In this document: positions 8,358 through 21,400 of the stretch, piece after piece | How the letters are laid out: each line of letters opens with the position of its first letter | Position numbering within the stretch: the first letter of the stretch is position 1 | Virus record (IMG/VR): IMGVR_UViG_3300042879_005846 | Strand: one strand, 5' to 3' | DNA from: an uncultured virus (IMG/VR IMGVR_UViG_3300042879_005846) | Lineage: Duplodnaviria; Heunggongvirae; Uroviricota; Caudoviricetes | DNA: 64,000 bases | Program-made: the position numbers and the translations under genes | Notes under the pieces: model-generated | What the model was told of the DNA's origin: nothing | The model's database searches: none | Seen by the model: only the letters and a program-made list of their open reading frames with translations

Positions 8358-9212
8358 ATGATAAAATCTGAAAAAATAATAATACCCATTTCGTATAGAA
8401 ATGTAAGTCACTATATGAAATTGGGTTATGATGCTAAAATAAATCAAGATTTGGAAATTAATGTTAAAGATTTGCCAGCAGTATCGCATGTAAAGGTAGA
8501 TGTCATTTGTGAAATTTGTAAAATAGAAAAGAATTTGATGTATTGTAAATATCAAAAAAATAAAAGTATCCATGGGTTTTATAGTTGCAAATCTTGTTCA
8601 AGACAAAAAGCAGTTCTTACTAGTAGACAGATGTACGGTGTAGATAATTGGATGCAGTTAGAAGAATCAAAAAAAATCATAAGTCAAAGAAATACAGAAA
8701 AGTATGGAGTTAAAACTACATTATTAGTAAGTGAAACAAAAGATAAAATATCAAAAACCATGATTTCAAAATATAATACAGATAAATGGTATGAGATAAG
8801 AACTCCAAATACGAAAAAATTCGTTTTCAAAAATGTAGAATCCAAGCAATTCATATTTGAAAATCCAGAGGATAACTATGTAGATATTTATGATGAGAAT
8901 TACTACACTTATAGAACTGAAGTAAGAAGAATAACAAAGAAGAATCAAAAAAAGTTGTTCAAAGAGTGGGATGGTTATGATTATTATGATGGTGAATACA
9001 TTAAGGAAAACTTAATGTATCCACCAAATGATAAAGATTATCCATCAGTAGATCATAAAGTTTCTATATATTACGGATACAAAAATAATTTACACCCAAC
9101 AATAATAGGGAATATATCAAATTTATGTATAACTAAAATAAGAATAAATTCAGCTAAAAGAGATTTGATAGAGGAAGACTTTCTGAAATTTTTCAAACCC
9201 CAAAATGATTGA
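8358..9212 (+). CDS. Free-standing homing-endonuclease-like protein with C-terminal HNH motif
   Basis: CxxC pairs (CEIC, CKSC), YGVDN/KYGVKT repeats and PSVDHKVSI...GNISNLCITKIRINSAK. Confidence 0.7.
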   Translation: MIKSEKIIIPISYRNVSHYMKLGYDAKINQDLEINVKDLPAVSHVKVDVICEICKIEKNLMYCKYQKNKSIHGFYSCKSCSRQKAVLTSRQMYGVDNWMQLEESKKIISQRNTEKYGVKTTLLVSETKDKISKTMISKYNTDKWYEIRTPNTKKFVFKNVESKQFIFENPEDNYVDIYDENYYTYRTEVRRITKKNQKKLFKEWDGYDYYDGEYIKENLMYPPNDKDYPSVDHKVSIYYGYKNNLHPTIIGNISNLCITKIRINSAKRDLIEEDFLKFFKPQND

Positions 9213-9213
9213 A

Positions 9214-10020
9214 TCAATGAAAAATAGTTTTCCACTCCCTAACACTCACCAATTCATTTGGTATGGCAACAAAATCTAAACATAATCCAGTATTTGTTTG
9301 GTATGAAATACCACTATTGAATCTTGTAAAACTATATCCATAATCAATAAGTAATTGTAAAACAGAATTCTCACTATCTCCATATAATTGCAATTGGTCT
9401 TCTTCAATTTCTACATAAATAATTGGTTTATTCTTCTGGATAGTTTCTTTAGCACCAAGTAATACTTTTTTTTCAAATCCTTGTACATCAATTTTTATAA
9501 TTGAAATATTATCAATTGAGAAAGAGTCCAACTTTCTCATCATAACTGTTTCATAGTCTGACTGAACACCAACATGGACATCTCCGAAGTTAACAAAACC
9601 ATCATCAAAATAATTTGGTTTTTGTATTGTGGTCAAACCCTCCTCACTTCCTATGGCTATGTTAAAAGCATAAACATTATCAAGACCATTAACAAATACA
9701 TTAGCACATAGTTGTTGAAATATGACACGTTGTGGCTCAAAAGAAAACACTTTTCCATTATCCCCAACTAAATGAGCGAATTCAATAGCTATCTGACCAT
9801 TATTACCACCTATGTCAACAACATTCGTTCCTCTAATATCTAAATTGTTTTCTTTTAGAAATTGATATAGATAAGGCTCATATAATTCATTTCTAAATAA
9901 ACTAGCAGTTACAGCATTGTCATTTGGAAAAAGTAGATATTTCCTTTCATCAAGTTTTGTGGGGTCAAATATACTGACCCTTTTATTATGAATTGCTTCA
10001 ATTGTAAATTTTGTTTTCAT
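9214..10020 (-). CDS. FkbM-family SAM-dependent methyltransferase
   Basis: VVDIGGNNG, VFSFEPQ and IKIDVQGFE motifs. Confidence 0.85.
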   Translation of the reverse strand: MKTKFTIEAIHNKRVSIFDPTKLDERKYLLFPNDNAVTASLFRNELYEPYLYQFLKENNLDIRGTNVVDIGGNNGQIAIEFAHLVGDNGKVFSFEPQRVIFQQLCANVFVNGLDNVYAFNIAIGSEEGLTTIQKPNYFDDGFVNFGDVHVGVQSDYETVMMRKLDSFSIDNISIIKIDVQGFEKKVLLGAKETIQKNKPIIYVEIEEDQLQLYGDSENSVLQLLIDYGYSFTRFNSGISYQTNTGLCLDFVAIPNELVSVREWKTIFH

Positions 10021-11361
10021 TTAATTTCTATAATAATTTATAGGCGTTAGTGACCTTAGTTCATATTTGAGTTCATCTTTGATATCTAAATCATCTATAA
10101 ACTGCCAAATATCTTCTTTATTAATTATACTTTTTCCTCTTGTAAGTTGTTTCAACGCCTCATATGGTTTAGGATATTTTTCTCTTCTAAGAATTGTCTG
10201 AATTCCTTCAGATATGATAGCCCAATTATTGTTTAAATCTTCATCAATTTTATTTTTATTAATTGATAGTTTTGAAATTCCCTTCCTAATTGAATTGAAA
10301 CTAATTTTTATATGTGACATTGGAACACCAACATTTCTAAGCACTGTTGAATCAGTCAAATCCCTTTGTAATCTACTTATGGGTAGTTTTTCACTAAGAT
10401 GATGTAACAAGGCATTTGATATTCCCAAATTTCCTTCAGCATTTTCAAAATCTATTGGATTTACCTTGTGTGGCATTGCAGAAGAACCAATTTCCCCTTC
10501 AATAGTTTTTTGTGTGAAGTATTCCATTGAAATATATTGCCAAATATCTTTGCAAAAATCAAGAAGTATAACATTTATCCTTTTTAGATTATCAAAAAAG
10601 GCTGACAAATTATCATAATGTTCAATTTGTGTTGTGAATTTTAATCTTCTAAGACCCATACTTGATGTAAATTCATCAGAAAATTTTTCCCAATTTACAT
10701 TTGGATAAGCTACCTTGTGTGCATTGAAGTTACCAGTAGCTCCACCAAACTTTGCATAAAATTTTAAGGATTTAATTAATTCTGTTTGGTTTTGTAATCT
10801 CTCTACAAATACAGAAATTTCTTTACCCATATTAGTTGTAGATGCTGGTTGTCCATGTGTCCTAGCAAGCATTGGTTGTGAAGATGTTAGTTCAGATAAA
10901 GTGATTAAATCCTCAATGATATTATCTAAATCTACTAAATAAATATTTTGAAACCACTTTTTTATCATTAGTGGTATTGCAGTATTATTTATATCTTGTG
11001 ATGTTAATCCAAAATGTACAAATTCTTTGAATTCACCAAGACCAATTGATTCCAATCTTTCTTTCAAAAAATATTCTACAGCTTTTACATCATGATTGAG
11101 ATGTTTTTCCAAGGTTTTTATGGTATTACAGTCTTCTCTATCAAAATTCTGATAAATTTTGAGTAATTTATATCTATAATCATCACTCAATGAGTCATTG
11201 GATATGATTTTCCAATCAAAAAGCTTTATTAAGTATTCTACTTCAACAAAAACCCTCCACTTTATAAGAGCAAACTCTGAAAAATAATTGGATAACTCCT
11301 CTGTTTGTTTTCTATATCTACCATCAATTGGTGAAATAGATGTTAGCTCATCAAAATACAT
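10021..11361 (-). CDS. purB: Adenylosuccinate lyase
   Basis: SPIDGRY, NHDVKAVEY, HFGLTSQDIN, RTHGQPA, GSSAMPHKVNPIDFENAEGN and SRLQRDLTDS. Confidence 0.97.
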   Translation of the reverse strand: MYFDELTSISPIDGRYRKQTEELSNYFSEFALIKWRVFVEVEYLIKLFDWKIISNDSLSDDYRYKLLKIYQNFDREDCNTIKTLEKHLNHDVKAVEYFLKERLESIGLGEFKEFVHFGLTSQDINNTAIPLMIKKWFQNIYLVDLDNIIEDLITLSELTSSQPMLARTHGQPASTTNMGKEISVFVERLQNQTELIKSLKFYAKFGGATGNFNAHKVAYPNVNWEKFSDEFTSSMGLRRLKFTTQIEHYDNLSAFFDNLKRINVILLDFCKDIWQYISMEYFTQKTIEGEIGSSAMPHKVNPIDFENAEGNLGISNALLHHLSEKLPISRLQRDLTDSTVLRNVGVPMSHIKISFNSIRKGISKLSINKNKIDEDLNNNWAIISEGIQTILRREKYPKPYEALKQLTRGKSIINKEDIWQFIDDLDIKDELKYELRSLTPINYYRN

Positions 11362-11362
11362 A

Positions 11363-12145
11363 TCAATCTTCTATATCAAAATTCTGTTCAAAAGATAACA
11401 TAAGGTTTGATTCCTTATCTTTGATGAGTATGAAGGTATCAAAGATATTAAAGTTAACAAATTCATCATCACAATTGATATTTGAAAGGTATTTCTTCCC
11501 AAATATCAAGTGTTGATTTTTTGAGGTTATAGTATCTACTTCCAATTCCCATTTAGAGGTTTCATTAAAAGTTACCTTACCATCTTGTACATTTATATTG
11601 AAGGTTTTTTCCTCTGAATTTATACTTGAAAGTTTCTTTATATCTGAAAAGTCTTGATTTGATACTTTAAAAGACCATCTTGAGTTTTTAGGGTTCAACC
11701 TAATATCAATAAAGGATTTATTAACTTCTCTAATTTTATATTCCTCACCACCAATACAAGAGATTTTAAGTTTACCATTTGATAATTGAGCAGACCTTAT
11801 GTGCATTGTAGTATCATCTTCTGGCAATGGTTTATAGATTATATCAAACTTTATTGGTGATTGTGTATTGAAGAATTGTATATTCTTCACAAATTTTGAA
11901 GCAGAAGTTATAATAAAATCAAAGGTTTCTTCATTGGTAAAGTTATCAATATAGTCTTTAGTTTTGACTGCATAAGTCTTTAGGGCTGCTACTTGTTGTT
12001 CATTTGATAGAACTGAGTATAACAACATATAGTCACTATCAAATTTGATTTTGATAACATCTTCTATACCAGTTAAATCCTTTAACTTACTTACTAAATC
12101 AGAAAAATTAGATTGATTAAATTTCAATGAAAGCTTTTGTGCCAT
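11363..12145 (-). CDS. Probable DNA polymerase sliding clamp (gp45/PCNA-like)
   Basis: 260 aa with a two-domain alternating helix/strand pattern, near the polymerase. Fold inferred by eye. Confidence 0.5.
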   Translation of the reverse strand: MAQKLSLKFNQSNFSDLVSKLKDLTGIEDVIKIKFDSDYMLLYSVLSNEQQVAALKTYAVKTKDYIDNFTNEETFDFIITSASKFVKNIQFFNTQSPIKFDIIYKPLPEDDTTMHIRSAQLSNGKLKISCIGGEEYKIREVNKSFIDIRLNPKNSRWSFKVSNQDFSDIKKLSSINSEEKTFNINVQDGKVTFNETSKWELEVDTITSKNQHLIFGKKYLSNINCDDEFVNFNIFDTFILIKDKESNLMLSFEQNFDIED

Positions 12146-12184
12146 AGGGAATATATGGATTTGTTATGGATTTGTTTAAAAATA

Positions 12185-12211
12185 AAAAAGGTCTCAAAAG
12201 TGAGACCTTTT
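12185..12211 (-). terminator. Intrinsic terminator downstream of the tRNA
   Basis: aaaaaggtctca-aaag-tgagacctttt. Confidence 0.8.
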
Positions 12212-12214
12212 ATG

Positions 12215-12297
12215 TACGAGGGGAGGGACTCGAACCCTCACGGGATTACTCCCAACGGATTTTAAGTCCGTCTTGGCTACCATTACAACACCCTCGC
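12215..12297 (-). tRNA. tRNA-Leu(UAA), CCA not fully encoded
   Basis: Acceptor GCGAGGG/CCCTCGT, anticodon arm ACGGA-CTTAAAA-TCCGT, long variable arm and GGTTCGAGTCC T-arm. Confidence 0.95.
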
Positions 12298-12307
12298 ATT
12301 GACAATA

Positions 12308-12315
12308 CAAATATA
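12308..12315 (-). promoter_or_regulatory. Bacteroidota-type -7 promoter element (TAnnTTTG) for the tRNA
   Basis: TATATTTG-TATTGTC about 10 nt upstream of the tRNA 5' end. Confidence 0.7.
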
Positions 12316-12442
12316 GTATAAAAATTTTAAAAGATTCAATTTTTTGTGAATATTTTTTTCTACTAAAATTTTACACCCAATAACCCTTTTTGGAAATTAT
12401 CTTTTTAATATATAACAAGGTAAACATAAAAATTAGATTTAA

Positions 12443-15409
12443 ATGGCAACAAATCAAATCTTAAGCATACCAGATTGGTTACTGGTAGGTAGTTCATCAC
12501 AACCACCAGGTGGATTTAGTAAAATATACCCAAGGAGTAATCACAGTGGTCTCACTGGAAGTTGGTATGTAAAAGATGATGTAGGTACTGAAAAAAGATT
12601 AGCTTTTGATTTTGAAATAGGAGCTGGTATTTCTTATAGTTATCCAAGTGTTAACTCACCATATGGAACAAGACTTGATATACAGCTTGGTGGTGGTTTA
12701 TCATATTCACAGGGGATATACTCAGCTGCACCAATTAGTGTTTGGGGAATTACACCATCAATGTTGGCAATCACTGGATCCTACCAAGCTGGTTATGTTT
12801 TATCAACCTCTACCTCAAGTGGTGAATTTCAATGGGTGCAAGTTTCAAGCGCAATAGTTGGACCAACTAATTCTATACCAAAATTTGATGGCACTTCTTT
12901 GACAGCCTCAAGAATGGTAGATACTGGTTCTTATTTTTATATTGGGTCAACCCCATCTTTAACAAATGCTTCATTCAGTGTTGATTATAGTATCAATATT
13001 GGTAAAAACACTGATGGTGTTTTATACTTTGCTGACCAACAAAACAATTTTATAAAGGGTGAGAATACTGGTGGAATGTTTATCAGAACAACTGATGAGT
13101 TTGTTGTGGAATTATATACATTCAGCACACCTACTTATAAAATACTGGATTTTGACAATTTGACTGGTGAAACAAGAACTCTTAAAATGATGAATAGTAT
13201 TTTAGAGTTTGGTGATTTCACTCAAAGTAAGTATCTATCAGCTTCAAATTTGAATGAGTTCAATTTGGGAAAAACCACTTCTAACTTTTTGATGACTTTG
13301 AGTTCAAATACTCAAGGAGCTATTAAAATTGTAGATGGTAGTGAAGGTACATACAGTCTTTTATATTCTGATGGAAGTGGTTTAGGTAAGTGGGGAAAAT
13401 TATATGGATATGATGGTCTTACCACTTCAGAACTTGGTATAGGATTAAATCTTGTAAATATTCAAGGTTTAACACTTAGTGGTGGTACATTTGGTTTAGA
13501 TTATACCAAATTTGATTTACCATTAAAAGTTTATGATACATTCACCATTTCACTTGCTACTGTTAGTGTCATTACTGGAATCACCTATGGTTCAACATTT
13601 GAAACACCAACTTTCAGAGTAGACCAGTGGGGTAGAATCATAGCTTTAGGAACAGTTTCTACAAGTGCATTTACTGGACCACAAGGACCAACTGGATTTT
13701 CTTTTACTTGGCAAGGTACATATGCAACATCTTCAACTTATTCTTTTTATAATGTTGTTCAATATGATGGTTCAAGTTATATTTCTTTAGGTACAGCAAG
13801 TCCAGGATTAACTCCAAGTACAGTAACATCAAGTTGGAATCTGATGGCTTCAAAGGGAGCTACAGGTGCTAGTGGACAGGGTTTTAGATGGGCAGGTACA
13901 TATTCTGAGAGTGATGTCTATGGATATTATGATGTTGCTTATTATGGTGGTTCAAGTTACATATCAATCACAACATCAAATATAGGTAAGACACCATCAC
14001 TGGCTACACAAAGTTGGAATTTGATGGCACTTGGTAGTGATAATGCAACCTTAAATGTTACAGGTACATATGGTGCAGTTTTAGTTTATGGTGAATTTGG
14101 ATGGACTGCACTTGGACCAGCAACTGCTGGGTGGGTTTTAACATCAGGTGGTACAAGTTCATTACCTTATTGGTCAGAACCACTAGCAGCTTCACCTTCC
14201 ACATTTGGTACCTTTTCAAGAGGATTTACTGTAAGTTTGAATCCTGGACCAGGTGGTGTCATAAAATGGTTTGGTAAATATAAGAATGACGATTTCATAA
14301 ACGCTGTTGGTTTGACTTTAGAGCAGTTACTTGATGATGTCCTAACTGAAATAAAAGCTCCATTAGTTGACATAAACGTCACCACACCAGCAACAAAGGT
14401 AATACCTTTTGGTTCTATTGGTAGTGCAATTGATTTATCATTTGGTTATACAATTAAAAATGATGGAGCATTGGCTGTTTCAGGTAACGTAAATTTAAAA
14501 ATTGATAATGATACTCCTTTTGAAATATGGTCTGGTATAACACCATCAAATACATATAATTATAATGTTAACTTCACAAGATTTGATACACCAACATTCC
14601 AGTTTATCTATACAGTGACAGATGATAAAGGTGGAAGTGCATCTGATATTGATACTGTTCAAGTAGCTAGTTATGTAGCTCCTCAAATTCAAACTTTAAT
14701 AAAAGCTAAGGATGCAAGACTGAATTATGGTGAAAATGATTATTTGAGGGAAAGGGGTAATGTTGGATCTGAGGTTAAGCTAACCTACTCAAGACAAAGT
14801 CCTTTGATTGATCTTAAGACTTTTTCTGTATATTATAGAGAAAATAATTTTGCGGACAATTTGGTTTACCAAAATCAAACAATCCCTAGTCAGTCTGGTG
14901 AGGTTACACGTGACCATACCCTTACATTACCAGTAAATAACCCATCACTAAGTACAGTGACCACAAATTTAAGATACAAACACGCAGTGGAAGATATTTA
15001 TACTATAAATGAAACTTCATATGCAACAGTTACATTTGACCAATTGTTGTTCTATGGACCAACTGGTTCAAAAGCAAGTCTTACAGGAGCAGCTCCAACT
15101 ACAAAAGCTGGTGCTTATTCATTACCAAACATAAAACTATCTTCTGTTGCTACAAATAAATTTAAATTTGCTGCAGGTATAGTTGCAAATAAATTTGCAT
15201 TAGTAATACCAGCTTCAAAGAATTTTGTCAAAGCTCAAGATATTACCCAATCTGGACAACCGGACTTGACAGATAGGTTTATACTTCAATCTTCACAAAT
15301 ACAAATTGGCAATTATGATGATTCTGAGACGTATCCATATAAAGTTTATTTGTATTCAAATGCTATAGCTTATACAGTACCTATAGAAATAGAAATTACA
15401 TTAAGTTAA
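12443..15409 (+). CDS. Tail fibre / virion structural protein
   Basis: 988 aa, Gly/Ser/Thr-rich; VDQWGRI fibre motif, short collagen stretch and two W-x-G-x-Y...YxGSSYIS repeats. Confidence 0.7.
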   Translation: MATNQILSIPDWLLVGSSSQPPGGFSKIYPRSNHSGLTGSWYVKDDVGTEKRLAFDFEIGAGISYSYPSVNSPYGTRLDIQLGGGLSYSQGIYSAAPISVWGITPSMLAITGSYQAGYVLSTSTSSGEFQWVQVSSAIVGPTNSIPKFDGTSLTASRMVDTGSYFYIGSTPSLTNASFSVDYSINIGKNTDGVLYFADQQNNFIKGENTGGMFIRTTDEFVVELYTFSTPTYKILDFDNLTGETRTLKMMNSILEFGDFTQSKYLSASNLNEFNLGKTTSNFLMTLSSNTQGAIKIVDGSEGTYSLLYSDGSGLGKWGKLYGYDGLTTSELGIGLNLVNIQGLTLSGGTFGLDYTKFDLPLKVYDTFTISLATVSVITGITYGSTFETPTFRVDQWGRIIALGTVSTSAFTGPQGPTGFSFTWQGTYATSSTYSFYNVVQYDGSSYISLGTASPGLTPSTVTSSWNLMASKGATGASGQGFRWAGTYSESDVYGYYDVAYYGGSSYISITTSNIGKTPSLATQSWNLMALGSDNATLNVTGTYGAVLVYGEFGWTALGPATAGWVLTSGGTSSLPYWSEPLAASPSTFGTFSRGFTVSLNPGPGGVIKWFGKYKNDDFINAVGLTLEQLLDDVLTEIKAPLVDINVTTPATKVIPFGSIGSAIDLSFGYTIKNDGALAVSGNVNLKIDNDTPFEIWSGITPSNTYNYNVNFTRFDTPTFQFIYTVTDDKGGSASDIDTVQVASYVAPQIQTLIKAKDARLNYGENDYLRERGNVGSEVKLTYSRQSPLIDLKTFSVYYRENNFADNLVYQNQTIPSQSGEVTRDHTLTLPVNNPSLSTVTTNLRYKHAVEDIYTINETSYATVTFDQLLFYGPTGSKASLTGAAPTTKAGAYSLPNIKLSSVATNKFKFAAGIVANKFALVIPASKNFVKAQDITQSGQPDLTDRFILQSSQIQIGNYDDSETYPYKVYLYSNAIAYTVPIEIEITLS

Positions 15410-15428
15410 AAAAAATTATGAAATAAAG

Positions 15429-18400
15429 ATGCCTTTTGAAATACCCCAAGGAGTCAAAGTTCTAAATCCAACCTCAGCTGATTATTATTATGGTCCCTAT
15501 GAAGCAAATTCATTGGACGATGCTAAAGCAGCTGCTAAAGCTGCTATAGATCCAGCAGTGAGATATAAATCAATGAAGGTTGGTTTGATTGTTGGTGGTA
15601 AAGGTTATTTGTATTGGTTTAAGGATAATACTGATGACTTGGTTCCTTTTGAATCAGGTGGAACTGGTCCACAAGGACTTACTGGTCCCCAAGGTGCAAC
15701 TGGACCAGATGGGGCAGCTGCATCTAGCTCAATAGTTATAGAGTATGATATACCAGGTTCCTCATTTACTACACCACACAGTTTTGGTACTAAACCATTA
15801 GTAACTGTTTTGAATTCAAGTGACAATGTTATAGTACCCGGTTCTGGTCAACTCTCATCAATTAATGTCAGTGATACAGATGTTACCCTTGTTTTTTCAG
15901 GTGGTAACAATAAAGGTAAAATAATTTTGGGAGGTGGTCTAACTGGTGCGCAAGGACCAACTGGTTTTGGATTCCAAGGACCAACAGGTATCCAAGGATA
16001 TACTGGTCCTCAAGGAGAAACTGGTGCACAGGGTACTACGGGTGCTCAAGGATTCACTGGTGCTCAGGGTGCTACAGGTGTTCAAGGATTTACTGGTCCA
16101 CAAGGTAATACTGGTTCTCAAGGATTTACTGGTCCACAAGGATTTACTGGCCCGCAAGGTTTTACAGGTCCACAAGGTAATACTGGTATACAAGGATTTA
16201 CTGGTCCACAGGGTTTCACTGGTCCACAAGGATTTACTGGTCCACAAGGACATACTGGTATACAAGGTTTTACAGGTCCTCAAGGAGCAACTGGTGCTGA
16301 TGGTGTAATAGCAACAATGGTACAAACTATTGTTCAGTGGAGATGGAATGGTACATCACCAGTTCCAAATCTTAGTGGAAGATTTAGTTCGAATGGAAGT
16401 GACTTTGGAAGTTCAAAATTCTTTTATTTCCATAAAAATGACGTAAACTCAATTTCATATGCTAGTTGGTTTGAACAACTAAAGAGTTTTGTAACAAATG
16501 GAAATCCAAGTTACTTACAAATATATGATGCATTAACTGCAAGTAATACGGGATTATATCCAGTTATAGCTGTTCAACAAGGAGGTTTTACATACTCAAT
16601 TGAAACAGATAATGCAATAGTATCCAATGGAGATTTTGCTGCTAATAGTTTATATAATGTAACTTGGGTAGCTCAAGGCTCAATTGGTAAAACTGGTATA
16701 CAAGGACCAACTGGTCCACAGGGTTCTACAGGATCACAAGGATTTACAGGTCCTCAAGGTTTCACTGGACTTCAAGGCACTACAGGTTTCCAAGGTGCAA
16801 CAGGTGCACAAGGAGATACTGGTCCGCAAGGATTTACTGGTCCTCAGGGTTTTACTGGTTCACAAGGTAGTACTGGACCAGTTGGAGCAACTGGTATAAA
16901 TTGGAGGGGTGATTATTCACTCACAGCTACTTATTCTATAAATGATGTAGTACACTATCAGGGTTCAAGTTATATAGCAAGAGCAACTGCTAGCACGGGT
17001 TTATTACCAACTGTAGCCTTCCCAACTGCGCAATCTCCAACTTGGAGCATGTTCGCACAAGTTGGATTTAAGTCAGGTAAAGTTTGGCAATATCAAACCA
17101 CTGTCAATCCAACATCCTTGGTATCAGGTAAATTACATTTTAATTCTCTTACTTCTCTCAACCTCACAAAAATGTGGGTTAGTGGTTCTGATATGTCAGC
17201 AATTGCAAGTAATGCATATATTGAATCTTGGCAACCTGGTGATATCCTACATTGGACTTTAGCAGCATCTGCTTTTTCGAACACATCTGTTTTGACAGTA
17301 AGACTTGGAACTCGGACAACTTTTGCTGGTGGTTATGAATTTAATATCACTTTACTAGCTGGATCTCCTAATAGTACAACAGTTGGTTTTCAAAATGGAG
17401 CATTGGTGACTTTGTTACATCAAATGCAAGGTCCATTAGTGATAGCATCTGCCTCACAAGGGTATTTACCAATATACAGTCAAAATAATACAAGTTTTTT
17501 ATCATCTACAATATCATTTGGTTTTTCTTGGTCAACTAGTGTTCTCTTACAAACAACACCAGCTGCATATCTAAGTTCAGCTAATCCAATAAGAGAATAT
17601 AGAATACCAGCACTTTACACATCTCCATTTGAATCTTCAACATCACCATCTCCCGTATCAGATTTTGTTATGGCACAAGGTGACCAAGATATAGTTGGTG
17701 TAAAGTGGTTTAGATATAGTTTCGTAGATGATATCAAAATGAATGGAGATGGTGGTTGGGCTGGTACAAACAAAACACAACTGATGAATGTCAGGTTTGG
17801 TCCAGTTCAATTAGGAAGTGGGGCTAGTGGTATAGTAAGTACAAATGCTTATAGGATTAAGAAAGCTTGGATTAACGCAACTCCTACTACTGGTTTCACA
17901 AATGATGCTCAAGTTAGAAGAGGGGATATAGTAGGTGGACCGAACCTAAATTCTATATTGGGTAGGTTGATTAGACAAAGTTCTTCAACAAGAGCTTTTG
18001 CAAAAACCATTTTCACTGATGAAATTGATTGGAATTTCTATGGAAAAACATTCAGTGGTGAAACTACTGGTAATTTTTCAGGTGAACCAACAAGAATGAG
18101 GGGTACTACTTGGAATCAAATTGTAGGTAGACACACCTCAACTGTAATTAGCAATGATATTGACCCATATAAACAGAACGCTGGATTATCATATTCAATT
18201 TCAGATCCTGACCATATTGATAATTATGTTTTCAATATGCATGTCAGTAGAATGAAGAGTGCTACAAATTCAACAAGTGTTTCAACTTTATTGCACCATT
18301 GGTTGAGGGGGGAAAGTGGTTTTACTGAGACATCATCAGCACCACTTAAGAGTGCATTTTATTCAATCACCCAATCTACTGTACTATTTGTCAATCCACA

Positions 18401-21400
18401 AATTGGTGGACTAAATAGTATTACTTCTAATTTTGCGACAGCATCAACATCTATTGGTGTATTCACAAGACATGATGTAGATCGTGGTTATATCAATTAC
18501 GCCTATGACTATTTTGCATCAAGGGTAGGTAATCAACAAGCTGCTGGTGGTAACCCAAGTAAAATATTACACCACATAGGATTTTTTGCTCAATCAAAAA
18601 CATCTGTCTCCAGATCAACTGGACTTTCTTTGTCAGTTACCCAATCTTCTGTATTGGACCCAAGTGGTAGAGAAACATTTGATTTTGGTACAACTCCAGT
18701 TCAATGGGGAGTTACTTATTCATACCCATATGAACCTTGGTCATTCTATGCAGAAAGTGATAAATCAAATTTAGGAGGTGGATTATTAATTGACAGAGGT
18801 GCAACATTTGGAACAAGTTTAAATGCTTGGTTAGAAATTCAATCTGCAACTTCAAGTAGAGCACAGATAAGATTAAGACCATCAACAGCTACACCTTCAA
18901 ACCCACAAAGTGGTGACCTTTGGTATACTGGTGATAATTTGAATTTTTATGATGGAACATCAACCTATGACTTAATCTCTGAACAGAATGTTGGTCAAAA
19001 AGGTAGATTGGGAATTTACCCATCTACAGGTACTAGAATGGATGACCAAGTTTCTTGGAATGATACTGGTTCAGTTTCTGTTGTATTAAATACAATAACT
19101 GATAGAGATTGGACAGAAGAAACACCAGCAGTTGGGTATATAAGACATTACTACGCTGGTGGATCACCAGGATTCAACTTTGGTGGATCAGGAACACTAA
19201 GTCTATGGGTTGATTATCCAAATCCTTATACTTGGATAGCTGCTTCAGCTGGAAATCCAGGAAATAGTGTAAAGATTGCTGCTATTGAAATAGCTAACAG
19301 AATTACTAATTATGGACTTTATACAGCTACCGTTAGTAGTTTTGATGATTTGGGTGGAGGATTATGGGATTCGGCAACAATCTCTATATCAGCTCCATAT
19401 TCCACCCTAGTAGGAACTAAATATGGTGATAGGATAAATGGATTTACACCATCTCTTCTTTTCACTGGTAACGTTGGAGGACAACCAATTTCTACTGCGT
19501 TTTCTGGGGGTTTAAATGTACCAGATATAACCTATACAATCCCATCAAATAACAAGTCACAGAATTTTGTTATGACTGAGGGCGGTCAGTTTATAAAAGG
19601 TTTTAAGAGATTTGAAAGTAATCAAATTAGTTTTGGACCAGTCACAGCATCATCTACAGCTACTTTAGAAACAAGGATGGTAGCAACTATATCACACATG
19701 AGTGGTGATATCATTCATAATAGTGTGAATCCAGATAGTTGGAATGGGTATTTTTATGCTGCACTTGGAAGTCCAATTCTTTATCAATCTTTAACAACTA
19801 CCCCATTACAAATTAACAATATAAAGCAATTTATTGAAAGGCAAAATTCATCAGCTCAAATAATTACTTATGTTCAGAGTGGTGTAAACAGTGGTGCACC
19901 AATGTACCATGCAGAAAACTTTAGAGATGCAAGATTACCAAATTACCTAGTTGATAGTAGGGTATTTAATAATTCTTTTTATGGTGGTCATCCTATAATT
20001 AACATTTCAAGATGGAGTAGTTTGCTTTCCGCACCTGGATTGACATTTGGTAGTGATGATTATCTTCAGTCAATTGGTAGGGGACTAACTAACTCAGTTA
20101 CTGGATTACCTGGGTTCTTGATAGCAAAGGGTTCTTCTATACAACATCATCAATGGGAAGATATAGGACATTTAGCTGATATTTTGAACTTTGAATACAC
20201 TGAAAATGGTGGATATATAAGCGGTCCTGGTGGTTATAGGTGGGGATCACTTGGTACGCCTGCACCTGGTAGGGTTAGAAGTAGAAACACTGTACATCAC
20301 TATCACAAGACAATGACTCAGATAGATATGTTCACAGCATCCACTGGTCGAAGATACCGACAAGAAAAACATACAAATTTTTTCATTGAAAGTGTCGGAT
20401 CAGGTAGAGCAACATATTCCTTTGGTTTATACTACAAAAATTTTGGACCCCATGGTAATATTTCAATTGACTATTTTGCAGCCAAGCCAGATAATTTCTT
20501 TGGAGCACAAGAAGAACCCAGTCAAGACTTAAGACTCACTCAAAGTCAAATAGTTGGTTTTTATGTTCAAGATAAAGTTAATAAACCTTATTACCAAACA
20601 GATCCTTTAGGTAGGGATTGGCAACAAAATGATGTATTGGTAACACTAGGTGGCACTTCTCCATATGATGATTTAAATAATGACAATCTATATTACAGAC
20701 CTTGGTCATTCTTTGCTGAAGCTGACAAGGCTAATTTTGGTGGTGGTGTTTTGATAATGGGCACTAATAGTAAAATTGTAAGAGATGTTACTGAAAGTCC
20801 AAGGTATGGTGACACACCAGTTTATGATGACATTCTAAGTGTTTATAGGACTGGTCTACCATCTTGGTTGGTAATTCAAGAAGCCACCACTGGAAAATCT
20901 CAAATTAGATTTTTAACTGGTTCAGTAGCACCAACAACTTTAGTTAGTGGTGATATGTGGTACACTGGAACAGCTTTAAATTTTGTAAATGGGGGAACAA
21001 CATATGACCTATTAACTTCTGGTGGAGGAGGACCTGGTGGCATTGGATTACAAGGTCCAACTGGACCAGTTGGACCAGCCAGCTTAGGTCAATTAACTGC
21101 TGATTTCTTTGAAACAAAATCAAAAGTGGTAAATCACAATTTAAATGATTACCCACTTGTACAAGTTATTGATAACAATGGTGGTGTATTTATACCACTT
21201 TCAATAACTCACTCATCTAAAAATTCTTTTACAATAGCATTTACTGCTACTAGTTCAGGTAAAGTATTAATTGGTGGTGGTGTCACTGGACCACAAGGAA
21301 TAGTAGGACCAACTGGTGTACAAGGACCAACTGGACCATCAGAATTATCCACAGTCACTGGACCAACAGGTTCTATAATGGTAAGATACGCTAGTGGATG

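Noticed and set aside
7998..8573. ORFs 7998-8180(+) and 8271-8573(-)
   Set aside because: They are shadow ORFs antisense to the polymerase and the HNH gene. The real upstream polymerase segment (8292-8161) is below the track's length cutoff.
15940..16895. Short tandem repeats as a CRISPR array
   Set aside because: They are in-frame collagen G-X-Y codon repeats with no unique spacers.
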